57,922 bases of DNA, taken from NCBI GenBank assembly GCA_964607485.1, contig CAZSKP010000011.1:69727-127648 (forward strand), in the 5' to 3' direction. How positions within the stretch are numbered: the stretch's first letter is position 1; every line of letters starts with the position of its first letter. Made by a program: the position numbers and the translations under genes. Source of the DNA: an uncultured bacterium. Lineage in GTDB: Bacteria; Abyssobacteria; SURF-5. Positions 9,817-19,825 of this stretch are shown here, piece by piece. The notes below the pieces were generated by a model. That model was not told the DNA's origin and made no database searches. It saw only the letters and a list, made by a program, of their open reading frames with translations.

Positions 9817-9845
9817 ATTATAGGAGGAATCATCTTATATGTCAA
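9817..9845 (-). promoter_or_regulatory. Consensus sigma70 promoter of the restriction-modification operon
   Basis: TTGACA-N17-TATAAT on the minus strand. Confidence 0.75.
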
Positions 9846-9886
9846 AAAGTGGGCTGTTCTCCTAGGTTTCGCCCTACGGCGCGGCC

Positions 9887-9913
9887 GGACCCGTGCATCA
9901 CGGGCCTTTTTTT
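9887..9913 (+). terminator. Terminator-like hairpin upstream of nadB with no plus-strand gene directly before it
   Basis: CCCGTG-CAT-CACGGG stem followed by 7 T. Confidence 0.5.
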
Positions 9914-9976
9914 ATTGAAGATTCATCCGGCGAATGTTGCAAAATGCGTGCGGGATGTGAAAGAATAACCACGTCC

Positions 9977-11590
<1,614 letters not shown>

Positions 11591-11607
11591 AAACGACCAG
11601 CGCCGGC

Positions 11608-11636
11608 TTGTGAGGAAAGGGTAGCACGTATATAAT
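11608..11636 (+). promoter_or_regulatory. Putative sigma70 promoter of the LinD homolog
   Basis: TTGTGA-N17-TATAAT. Confidence 0.55.
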
Positions 11637-11685
11637 AAAATACCAGGACAAGCGATAGAGTTAACGATGCAAGGGAGGGCCGGTG

Positions 11686-12861
11686 ATGAAGAAGATCATC
11701 ATAGCACTGGTCGTGCTCGCGATACTGGGAGCGGGGGCGTTCGTTGTTTACGCGAAGGTCCTGCCACACCCGGAAACGCCGGCGGAAGCTTATTTTCAGC
11801 AATATCAAATGCACAAGTTGACCCCGGATGTAGAGCTGCAACTTCGAGGCATTCAGGACCAGTTTCTGAACTCGTTCGTGACCGACTTCTCAATGTATAA
11901 GGATATGCCCCCCGTCGTGTATCGCTATCCAATCGCGTTCACAAGTTATGCGCTCGCCTGTGTTGCAAAGATCGACCCTTCCTACAAGAAGTTCTCCAGC
12001 CATTATATGGATAGGCTAATCCAGAAGATGAAACAGAAGGTCGTGTGGGAAGACTGGATCAAGTATGGATTCGGCCCCGATCCGATGGCTAAGCATAACA
12101 TCATGTATCGCGGCCACCTGAACCTGATGTACGGCTTGTACCAGTTGACCTCCGGCGACACAAAATATGAGGAAGAATACAAGGCGCTCAGCAAAGCGCT
12201 GTACACAGAGATGAAGCAGACCGAGAAGGAGGGGAAATACTGCGGCATGTCGTGCGAGCCGGACGATTACTTCGTCCAATGCAATACTATCGGAATGTAC
12301 AGCATGGCGGTGTACGATACGCTCTATAAAGATGCCAACTACTCCGAACTCATCGGCCCGTGGCTCGAGTGGATTAAGAAACGAATGGTTGACCCGGAGC
12401 ATGGTGTAATCCGCAATTCGTACCACATGGAGCATGACTATGCCGAAGAGCTCGTGAGCGGCTATGCCACAGGATGGAGCATCGCATTTCTGAACGCCCT
12501 CGACCCCGAGTTCGCTCGCTCTCTTTATCCTCGGTTCAAAGAGGCGTTCATCCGAAACAAACTCGGCGGCCTCTATTGGTACGCATCCGAGTCGCCGGGC
12601 GGCAAGCCTGACGATCTCGCAACCGTCTGCGCACTCTTTGCGGCAAGGGCCATGGGCGACGAAGAATTGTTCGGCGGATTGATTAATTCGCTGGACAGGG
12701 TCGGCGAAAAGAAAATTGATGGGGAAACGTTGGTCTTTGAGAATCTTCCCTCTCCGGTCTGGGGTATGATGCTCTTCGGGAAAGTCAATATCGGTCTCGA
12801 AAAGCTTATCGACAAGAAGGATTGGACAAAAACAGCGGCCGCAACGACCCCCACTGGCTGA
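11686..12861 (+). CDS. Linalool dehydratase/isomerase (LinD) family protein with an N-terminal signal or anchor
   Basis: NIMYRGHLNLMYGLYQL and CEPDDYFVQCN closely match LinD motifs as I recall them. Hydrophobic N-terminus. Confidence 0.85.
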   Translation: MKKIIIALVVLAILGAGAFVVYAKVLPHPETPAEAYFQQYQMHKLTPDVELQLRGIQDQFLNSFVTDFSMYKDMPPVVYRYPIAFTSYALACVAKIDPSYKKFSSHYMDRLIQKMKQKVVWEDWIKYGFGPDPMAKHNIMYRGHLNLMYGLYQLTSGDTKYEEEYKALSKALYTEMKQTEKEGKYCGMSCEPDDYFVQCNTIGMYSMAVYDTLYKDANYSELIGPWLEWIKKRMVDPEHGVIRNSYHMEHDYAEELVSGYATGWSIAFLNALDPEFARSLYPRFKEAFIRNKLGGLYWYASESPGGKPDDLATVCALFAARAMGDEELFGGLINSLDRVGEKKIDGETLVFENLPSPVWGMMLFGKVNIGLEKLIDKKDWTKTAAATTPTG

Positions 12862-12893
12862 CGGATACGATTATCGAACGGCCGCTAGAGTGA
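12840..12893 (+). repeat. Diverged second copy of the nadB 3' end
   Basis: Reads RNDPHWLTDTIIERPLE* in the nadB frame, against RDDDCWLKDTIIERPVE* for nadB. Confidence 0.85.
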
Positions 12894-12948
12894 GCGGCCA
12901 AAGCACAGCGCGATGCAGCCGGGAGGTTTCTAAGCCCGCAATTCGGGC

Positions 12949-13980
12949 TTACTCCTTTCTTGCTATCAGCACGGACTTTCGCCCGCTCCAAATGGATTTG
13001 GAATCGGCTTCCGATGGCGGCTCGATGACGCTGACGGAGGAGAATCCTGCGTTCAACAACATATCGACGAGGGCCCTGCGGTTCGGTCTCTGTTCCAATA
13101 TGTATCTGACCTGCCCCTTCATAAGAGTTACTTGGCAATCCTGCTGCACGAGGCATCCGAAGCCCAGGGAATTCTGAGGAGTGTCAGACTCGACGAGACA
13201 TATTCGTTTCGTTATGGAGTACAGGTTTCTGAGAAACAGCATTGGATTCTCCATGTGATAAACAATGCCAAGGCAGAATACAAGGTCGTATGCCTTGTGG
13301 AGCGCCGGCCCCCACGCCACGTTCTCCAAGTCAAGGCGATAAACATTCATTCCTTCGATTTTCTTGAGCGCTTGGACAAGATGAAGCTGCTCGATTTGTC
13401 CGATATTCAGCTCGTAGCAGTCCGCCTCTTTCAGGCCGCGTTCGAGATACCGCATAGCAACGAAACCTTCGCTGCACCCTAGGTCGGCGACGGTCAACTC
13501 GGAGAGACGGCGCAGCAGGTTCTCGGACTCCAATGCGCGGTCCAACATCTCCAGCATCGTGTCGACCCGCTGGGCGTAAGTCTTGTATAGAGTGGGCGCA
13601 TTGCGCAACTCATCGATGTTGTGGTGATAGCGCCACCTGCCCTTTTGCAACGCCCTCTGAATGAGTTCTTCGCGTGAAAGCGCGGAAAACGGGTTGGAGT
13701 CGATTTTTTTCGCGACCGCCGGAGACGTAATTTCCTCCAGAGAAATGTTCGGCTGCTTCTCGGCATCGAACCGCTGAGCACGTGTGAACGTATGTCCATC
13801 CAACGTCCTGCTGAGTCGGAAGGTAATCTCGTCAAACTCCGATACGCTCCTCTCGACTCGTTCGACAACCCTCTCCAATTCAGCCGCGTGGGTTTGAAGG
13901 GCCGTGATGCCGGTCAGATCTTTCACGGCCCTTTTGAGGCCCGCCGGAACGATTCTCTTGAGGAAATGGTCGTCGCTCAT
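12949..13980 (-). CDS. Class I SAM-dependent methyltransferase (DUF1698-like, possibly acting on surface polysaccharide)
   Basis: ADLGCSEG (motif I) and YDLVFCLGIVYHMENP. Coiled-coil-like N-terminus. Confidence 0.75.
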   Translation of the reverse strand: MSDDHFLKRIVPAGLKRAVKDLTGITALQTHAAELERVVERVERSVSEFDEITFRLSRTLDGHTFTRAQRFDAEKQPNISLEEITSPAVAKKIDSNPFSALSREELIQRALQKGRWRYHHNIDELRNAPTLYKTYAQRVDTMLEMLDRALESENLLRRLSELTVADLGCSEGFVAMRYLERGLKEADCYELNIGQIEQLHLVQALKKIEGMNVYRLDLENVAWGPALHKAYDLVFCLGIVYHMENPMLFLRNLYSITKRICLVESDTPQNSLGFGCLVQQDCQVTLMKGQVRYILEQRPNRRALVDMLLNAGFSSVSVIEPPSEADSKSIWSGRKSVLIARKE

Positions 13981-14206
13981 AGTTCTTTCTCCTATTCAGA
14001 AGGAAAGCAATTCTCAGTGACCATTCGGAAGACCGCCTCCCAATGTGAGGTAATATTATCACACCAGAACGAAATGCCTCAAGAAGCCAATTCCCATGGG
14101 CGTGCGAATTGCAGCTTTCAAAAGAGAACAGAAACAAGTAGAAAGAAACGATTCAGGTCTCTAGGCGATGGGGACTTCCAGGTTCCCCTTGCGTACGGCG
14201 CTTGCC

Positions 14207-14225
14207 CTGCGCCTTTGCGGTAAAT
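14207..14225 (-). repeat. REP-like ACCGCAAAGGCGC motif directly after the TPR gene stop
   Basis: Minus strand reads ATTTACCGCAAAGGCGCAG, similar to 38545-38570. Confidence 0.45.
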
Positions 14226-14226
14226 C

Positions 14227-14880
14227 TTATTTCTTCTCTCTTTCTTCCTCTTCCTCCAAGAGCTTGGCCAATATCTCCCGGAGTCGGGGGTCGAGCTTCT
14301 GCCACGCGCTCTTGTACGCCTTCTTGTGTTTCATATCGTCGGTCTCATGAAACATGGCAAGCTCGTGGATGCACGTGAAGAAATCGATGAAGCTGTTGTC
14401 CTTGATTATCCCCGACCGATACATGACGTCAATTTTCGCGAGCTCCGCCCAATCGTTATCCGAAACCATCGCAGTGAGAGTCGCCAGCATTACACGGAAC
14501 GCTTCATTGAACTGCTCGGTTGCCTGCGATGTCGAAAGCGCCCGCGCAAGAAACTCGAACCCCTTTTCGGGATTCTCATCTTTCAAGTGGATGAGGGCGA
14601 TGTCTGTCAGGACTATGGATACAGACTGCGGCGCCGCTTCCCTAAAAACCTCCAGCGCTTCCTGAAGGTATTTCAGCGCCTTGTCCGTGTCGCCCTTGTC
14701 GCGATAGATCAGCCCGATGTTGGCCAGGGCGCTCGCCTCGCCCCGTCTATCCCCTTTCTCCCTATGAGTCTCCAGCGCGTCCTGATGGTTTTTCAGTGCG
14801 TTGTCCAGGTCGTCCATAACGTTCTACATAACCCTCCATATTGCCCAAGTCGCCTTTGTTCGTTGTAAATCAACTCGATA
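14227..14880 (-). pseudogene. 5'-truncated tetratricopeptide-repeat protein (open frame 14227-14817)
   Basis: The ORF begins mid-repeat (DDLDNALKNHQDAL...GEASALANIGLIY). A frameshifted repeat remnant (IELIY..KGDLGN) lies at about 14840-14880. Confidence 0.6.
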
Positions 14881-14900
14881 CCGCAGCCGCTGGCTGAAGG

Positions 14901-14926
14901 GGAAAAATGGGGTCTGTCCCTATTTT
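14901..14926 (-). repeat. REP-like GGGACAGACCCC motif overlapping the flavoprotein stop codon
   Basis: Minus strand reads AAAATAGGGACAGACCCCATTTTTCC, similar to 36340-36357. Confidence 0.5.
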
Positions 14927-15495
14927 AGCGCCAGTGTGTGGCCGAGGGCGCGGGCTTTCTGCAGCAGGCCTGCGTCGTTGCGGGCGGAGTTCTTATCTTC
15001 GGTGCCCGCCTGCGTGATGATCTCGACTGACGAGCCGCTGAGGAACGAGAACAGCATCTCCAGATAGCCTATCACGCGGCGATACTCCTCCGCGTTGTCG
15101 TTGCCCTGCGAGGTGACGAGCGCGAACTTCTTGCCGCCCGGCAGCACGGTCTGGTAGCTGACCTCTTCGCCCTCCTGCATCGCGATGAAACAGAAGCACC
15201 TGTCGAGGAAGCACTTGAACTGGCCGGTGTAGCTGAACATATAGATGGGCGTGCCCGCCACGGCGTCGGAGTTCCTCATCTCTTCGAGCACGTCTTGAAG
15301 GTCGTCCTTGTAAGCGCACTGGCCGATTTTCTCGCGGCAGGCGAGGCAGCCCTGGCAGCCCTTCATGTTGAGCTCGTTGAGATGAATCAGGCGCGTGTCG
15401 GCGCCCTTCTCGGCAGCGCCAGCGAGAATCTCGCCGAGCATCGTCGCTGTGTTTCCGTTCTTTCGCGGGCTTCCGTTGATTGCGATGACTCTCAT
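14920..15495 (-). CDS. Flavodoxin-family iron-sulfur flavoprotein / NADPH-dependent FMN reductase
   Basis: INGSPRKNGNT, CxxCxxC-x6-C, GTPIY and FLDR. Confidence 0.88.
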   Translation of the reverse strand: MRVIAINGSPRKNGNTATMLGEILAGAAEKGADTRLIHLNELNMKGCQGCLACREKIGQCAYKDDLQDVLEEMRNSDAVAGTPIYMFSYTGQFKCFLDRCFCFIAMQEGEEVSYQTVLPGGKKFALVTSQGNDNAEEYRRVIGYLEMLFSFLSGSSVEIITQAGTEDKNSARNDAGLLQKARALGHTLALK

Positions 15496-15530
15496 GCATC
15501 CATCCTTTCCGATTGTTCGTTTCAGACGAC

Positions 15531-16346
15531 CTAACTCTTGCCCGAGGGCGTGAGTTGTTTGTAGGAGAAAACGGCGAGGAACACGCCGGTCCCCACCAGC
15601 ACGATCACGGGGCCGGTGGGCGAGTCGAGGTAGTACGAGAGGGCGATGCCGAGCAGCACGATGGCCTCAGAAAAGGAAACGCTGCGGATTATCAGCCCCT
15701 TGAACGTCTTCGACACCAGCTTCGCGGTGGAGGGCGGGATAATCAGCAGCGCGCTGACGAGTATGATTCCGAGAATTTTCAGGCCGAGCACGACCGACAC
15801 CGCCAGAATTATGTAGAAGGTGAGCTGCAGCAGGTTGACCTTCACGCCCGCGAGGTACGCCGTGTCCACGTCCAGCGCCATCAGCGTGATGTTCTTGTGG
15901 TTGAATAACAGGAAGATGATAATCAGCACCGAAAGCAAGGATATTACGATGAGGTCGAATGACTTGATCGCCAGGATGTTGCCGAACAGGAAGCTCACCA
16001 GGTCGGGCTGATAGCCGCTCTTCAAGCTGATGAGCACCACGCCGAGCGCCATCCCGGAGGTGAACAGCATTCCGATTATCGCATCGGAGGACAGCGTGGT
16101 CTTCTTCTCCAGGTAGTAGATGACCAGCGAAAAGAGCACGCTGAACACGATGGCGACGGTGAGCGGATGAATGCTGGCAAGGATGCCGACCGCGATGCCT
16201 CCCAGCGAGGCGTGCGCGATGCCGTCGGAAAAGAACGCCATCTTCCTCATGATGACGAACACTCCCAGCCACGCGAGCAGGGCCGCCAGTATGACGCCCG
16301 CGATTATCGCCCTCTGCATGAAAGGGTAGGAGAGAATGTCAACCAT
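15531..16346 (-). CDS. znuB: Zn/Mn ABC transporter permease
   Basis: DGIAHASLGG, FLFGNIL and GIILVSALLIIP. Many transmembrane segments. Confidence 0.9.
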   Translation of the reverse strand: MVDILSYPFMQRAIIAGVILAALLAWLGVFVIMRKMAFFSDGIAHASLGGIAVGILASIHPLTVAIVFSVLFSLVIYYLEKKTTLSSDAIIGMLFTSGMALGVVLISLKSGYQPDLVSFLFGNILAIKSFDLIVISLLSVLIIIFLLFNHKNITLMALDVDTAYLAGVKVNLLQLTFYIILAVSVVLGLKILGIILVSALLIIPPSTAKLVSKTFKGLIIRSVSFSEAIVLLGIALSYYLDSPTGPVIVLVGTGVFLAVFSYKQLTPSGKS

Positions 16347-16347
16347 A

Positions 16348-17055
16348 TCAGTGCTCGTGCGGCTGGAACTGGATGTCCTTTCCGTACAATTTCTCCAGCA
16401 CCTCTTGTGTAATCGCCTCCTTCGGCCTGCCGTTGCACACCAGGTCCTTGTTCAGGCAGAGTATCTGCGTGGCGAACGTGTACACCATGTTCACCTCGTG
16501 AGAGATCAGCATGATGGTGACGTTGTGAGTCTTGTTCAAGTGCTCTATCAGCTCGAAGAACGTCATCTCGGCGGCAATATCGACGCCGCTCGTGGCCTCG
16601 TCGAGCAGGAGCAACTTCGGTTCCTTGAGCAGAGCTTTCGCGATGAGCAGTCGCTGCAACTGTCCGCCCGAAAGCTCGCCCAGCCTCTTGTCCATGAATG
16701 CGTTCACTCCTACTTCCCTGAGCACTTCCTCGCGCCACGGCTCGTTTGTCACTTTTACGAAGCTGAGAAACTCCTTGACCGTCAGGGGGAAGGTCTTGTC
16801 GAAATCGAATTTTTGGGGCACATATCCGATGTCGTTCAGCACGAGTTTCGGCGGACCGCCGAAGATTTTCACGCGCCCCTCGTGGGAAATGAGTCCGAGA
16901 ATGGCCTTGAGCAGAGTGGTCTTGCCCGAGCCGTTCGGCCCGATTATGGCCACTATCTCGCCCGACTTCACGTAGAAATTCAGGCTGTTCAAGATGACAT
17001 GGTCGTTGTACTTGACCGTGAGGTTCTCTATTTCCAGAATCTTATCGTCACTCAT
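16348..17055 (-). CDS. znuC: Zn/Mn ABC transporter ATPase
   Basis: GPNGSGKTT, GYVPQ, LSGGQ, LLDE and SH motifs. Confidence 0.9.
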   Translation of the reverse strand: MSDDKILEIENLTVKYNDHVILNSLNFYVKSGEIVAIIGPNGSGKTTLLKAILGLISHEGRVKIFGGPPKLVLNDIGYVPQKFDFDKTFPLTVKEFLSFVKVTNEPWREEVLREVGVNAFMDKRLGELSGGQLQRLLIAKALLKEPKLLLLDEATSGVDIAAEMTFFELIEHLNKTHNVTIMLISHEVNMVYTFATQILCLNKDLVCNGRPKEAITQEVLEKLYGKDIQFQPHEH

Positions 17056-17968
17056 CGGAAAGCGCCCCTGCGATGATGTTGGTGTTGTACATCAGTGTTT
17101 CGATGTAGCTCTCCCTTCCCTCGACGCCCCCCAGCGGGTCCAGAACATAGAGCTTCAGCCCCATGTCGCTCGCAAACTGTTCGATGGCCGCGTTCGAAAG
17201 CTGTGGTTCCGAGAACAAGTTCGTCACGTTGTTCTCCCGGGCCATTCGAGAGAGCTCAGCCAGATATCGTGGCGTCGGAAGCTTTCCGGGAAAAGGTTCG
17301 AAGGTTCCGACTATCTCCAGACCGAACTCATCGGCGTAGTATGCCCACGCGTCGTGAAAGGTAATCATCTTCCTTGTGGAAATGCCCTTCAGGCGTTCCT
17401 CTATCTCTTTCTTGGCCGCGTCGAGCTTCGAGAGGTATGCCTCCAGATTGGCCCTGTACCGGCTTTCATTCTTCGGGTCGAGCCGGCTCATTTCTTTCTC
17501 AACATTTGCGGCGATGAGCTTCCCGTTGTCCGTTGAAAGCCAATAGTGCGGATTCACTCCCCCGTGCTCACCGTGTCCTTCGGCGGCATGTTCACCTGCG
17601 CCGCCAACGTCCGATTCCTTGAGGAGCCGAATTCCCTCATCGACGACTACCCTTTTCACGTCGGGCAATATGTCCGCAACGGTGTCCGTCCACTCGTCAA
17701 GGCCGTGGCCGATCCTAAACACGACCGCCACGCCTTGCAACCGCCTTGCCTGCTGCGGTGTCAATTCGTACGTATGCGGGCTGGCGCCGGGCGGGAGTAT
17801 TTCCACCACCTCGGCCTCATCGCCTGTCACATTCCTTACAATATCATACAACGGAAAAATCGAGGCCGCAATCTTCGGCTTTCCCGGAGCAGTGGAGGGA
17901 CCTTCCGAACAACCCTGATGCCAGAACAGCAGGAGGACTATCGAACATACGAACGTAATTCTTCTCAT
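17048..17968 (-). CDS. znuA: Zn/Mn ABC transporter substrate-binding lipoprotein
   Basis: SPHTYE, a His-rich loop, NPHYW, HDAW and DPLG. Confidence 0.9.
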   Translation of the reverse strand: MRRITFVCSIVLLLFWHQGCSEGPSTAPGKPKIAASIFPLYDIVRNVTGDEAEVVEILPPGASPHTYELTPQQARRLQGVAVVFRIGHGLDEWTDTVADILPDVKRVVVDEGIRLLKESDVGGAGEHAAEGHGEHGGVNPHYWLSTDNGKLIAANVEKEMSRLDPKNESRYRANLEAYLSKLDAAKKEIEERLKGISTRKMITFHDAWAYYADEFGLEIVGTFEPFPGKLPTPRYLAELSRMARENNVTNLFSEPQLSNAAIEQFASDMGLKLYVLDPLGGVEGRESYIETLMYNTNIIAGALSDE

Positions 17969-18030
17969 GGGAAGAACTCCTGCCAGCTTTCAGACGAGAC
18001 AATGCAGCACCGACTCGGTCAATCTGAACG

Positions 18031-19461
18031 TCAAACCAGTAACCGCCCGCCTCGGACGACGCCGCGCTCGACCTCTTCTTTAAATTTCTCGTATCCCTTC
18101 CGGCCCATCATGCCGCACGCATACTTCTTCCCCAGCTCCACACCGGGCTGGTCATACGGGTTGATCCCGTACAGTGCGCCGGCGTACGCGGTCTGCACCT
18201 CGTACATATAGATAAGTTGGCCGAGCGTGAACGCGTCGAGCCGGGGCAGGGTGATGGTGCAGTTGGGTCGCGAACTCTTTGCGAGCGCCAGTGCCGTGGA
18301 CTGCTGTTCCGCCTTGATGAGATCGCCCAGGTCGCGCCCGCCAAGGTAGCCGATTCCCTCCATGCGCCCGAACGCGCGCGGGATCTTGACCTCGCGCGGA
18401 TACGTTTTCAGCCCGATGAAGGTGACAACCTTGTCGAACGGGCCCTCCATGTAGAGCTGAATCTGCGAATGCTGGTCGGTCGCGCCCAGCGCCTTCACGG
18501 GCGTCTGGCCGGAGTTGACCTTCCTGCCTTTGAGCGACGATTCTTTGCCGATGCTCTCGGCCCACAATTGTCTGTACCAGTAGGCGAAATCGTAGAGGCG
18601 GTGCGCGTAGGGCATCATGACGGAGATGCTCTTTCCCTTCCGCTTGTCGAGCAGGCAGTGCAGCAACGCGTTGAGCGCGGCCGGATTCTTCATCGGGTCA
18701 TCCCTCCGGCAAATCCGGTCCATGGCGGCCGCGCCCGCGAGCAGCCGCCCGACGTCGATGCCCGATGCGGCGGCCGAAAGCAGGCCCACCTGCGTGAGCA
18801 CGGAGAAGCGGCCGCCGACGCCGTCGGGCACGACGAACGAGTCGTAGCCCTCCCTGTCCACAATCTTGCGCAGGTGTCCCTTCGACCTATCGGTGGTCGC
18901 GACTATGTGGCGCGAGAGCTTCTTCTTGCCCAGCGCCCGCATGAGCCATCCGCGAGCGATGAGAAAGTTGCTCATGGTCTCGGCCGTGTCGCCCGACTTG
19001 GTGATCACGTTGAAGAGCGTCCGGCGAGGGTCGAGCGCGTCCAGCAGCGAGGCCGTCCGGTCGGGGTCAACGTTATCGAGGAAGAACATGCGCGGCCGGC
19101 CGCGCCGTTGCTTGCGCGACAGGACGTTATATTCGGGATGGTTGAGCGCAGACTGAAGCATGATGTTGCCGAGCGCCGAGCCGCCGATTCCTATGACGAC
19201 GAAGTTTTCAATCGTTTCGGGCATCCGCCGGACATACTCCTCCATGTCGCGAACCGTTTGTTTCTGATAAGGCAGGTCCATGAACGCGAGCCCGCCCTCG
19301 GCACGCTGTTTCTTGAGCTGCCGCGATATTTCCTTTACCCTCGACAGCTCAGACTTCAACTCGGCCCGGGAAACACCGTGCTTTGAGCCCACGACGTTCG
19401 CCATCATGTTCGTACAGTCGAGCACAATCCTGTTTGTTCGTCCGTCGGTCTTTTTCGGCAT
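18031..19461 (-). CDS. pgi: Glucose-6-phosphate isomerase
   Basis: GIGGSALG, TKSGDTAET, GGRFS, QLWAESIGK, DQHSQIQ and DQPGVELGK. Confidence 0.95.
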   Translation of the reverse strand: MPKKTDGRTNRIVLDCTNMMANVVGSKHGVSRAELKSELSRVKEISRQLKKQRAEGGLAFMDLPYQKQTVRDMEEYVRRMPETIENFVVIGIGGSALGNIMLQSALNHPEYNVLSRKQRRGRPRMFFLDNVDPDRTASLLDALDPRRTLFNVITKSGDTAETMSNFLIARGWLMRALGKKKLSRHIVATTDRSKGHLRKIVDREGYDSFVVPDGVGGRFSVLTQVGLLSAAASGIDVGRLLAGAAAMDRICRRDDPMKNPAALNALLHCLLDKRKGKSISVMMPYAHRLYDFAYWYRQLWAESIGKESSLKGRKVNSGQTPVKALGATDQHSQIQLYMEGPFDKVVTFIGLKTYPREVKIPRAFGRMEGIGYLGGRDLGDLIKAEQQSTALALAKSSRPNCTITLPRLDAFTLGQLIYMYEVQTAYAGALYGINPYDQPGVELGKKYACGMMGRKGYEKFKEEVERGVVRGGRLLV

Positions 19462-19529
19462 GGTCGGTCTCCGTTGGATTTCGCTTTATCTCACCTCGTG
19501 GCTCTTGAACTTTGTTCTCGTTGGTTCTT

Positions 19530-19557
19530 GTAGGGGCGCACGGCCGTGCGCCCCTAC
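19530..19557. repeat. GTAG-type REP palindrome
   Basis: Perfect 28-nt palindrome GTAGGGGCGCACGGCCGTGCGCCCCTAC. Confidence 0.75.
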
Positions 19558-19612
19558 GTAATCATACGTTCATATCCACAAATACAGTTGTGACCATCCA
19601 CCAGCAACAAAA

Positions 19613-19639
19613 CTGGATTCCTGCGTTCGCGGGAATGAC
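19613..19639. repeat. REP/dRS3-like element
   Basis: CTGGATTCCTGCGTTCGCGGGAATGAC (ATTCC..GGAAT dyad ending in GAC). Confidence 0.6.
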
Positions 19640-19729
19640 AAAACATTAGGAATAACAAAGTATGGGAAATCCCTCGCTCATGCGCAATACGGTGTCTCAA
19701 GAAGGAATGTCAAGGCCGGAAAGCCCAAT

Positions 19730-19758
19730 TAGACATATGAGTTACATTCCTGTATAAT
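19730..19758 (+). promoter_or_regulatory. Putative sigma70 promoter of the mla operon
   Basis: TAGACA-N17-TATAAT. Confidence 0.6.
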
Positions 19759-19825
19759 TTAATCTCAGGATGCCTCTGGATGTCAAATTCCGTTCGTGGT
19801 CATGGTTCGGGGGAGCAGCCTGAAC

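Noticed and set aside
15255..15275. Flavoprotein segment SDAVAGTPIY looks about two residues short of the usual pattern
   Set aside because: The frame is intact and other motifs are present, which is not enough to call a pseudogene without an alignment.
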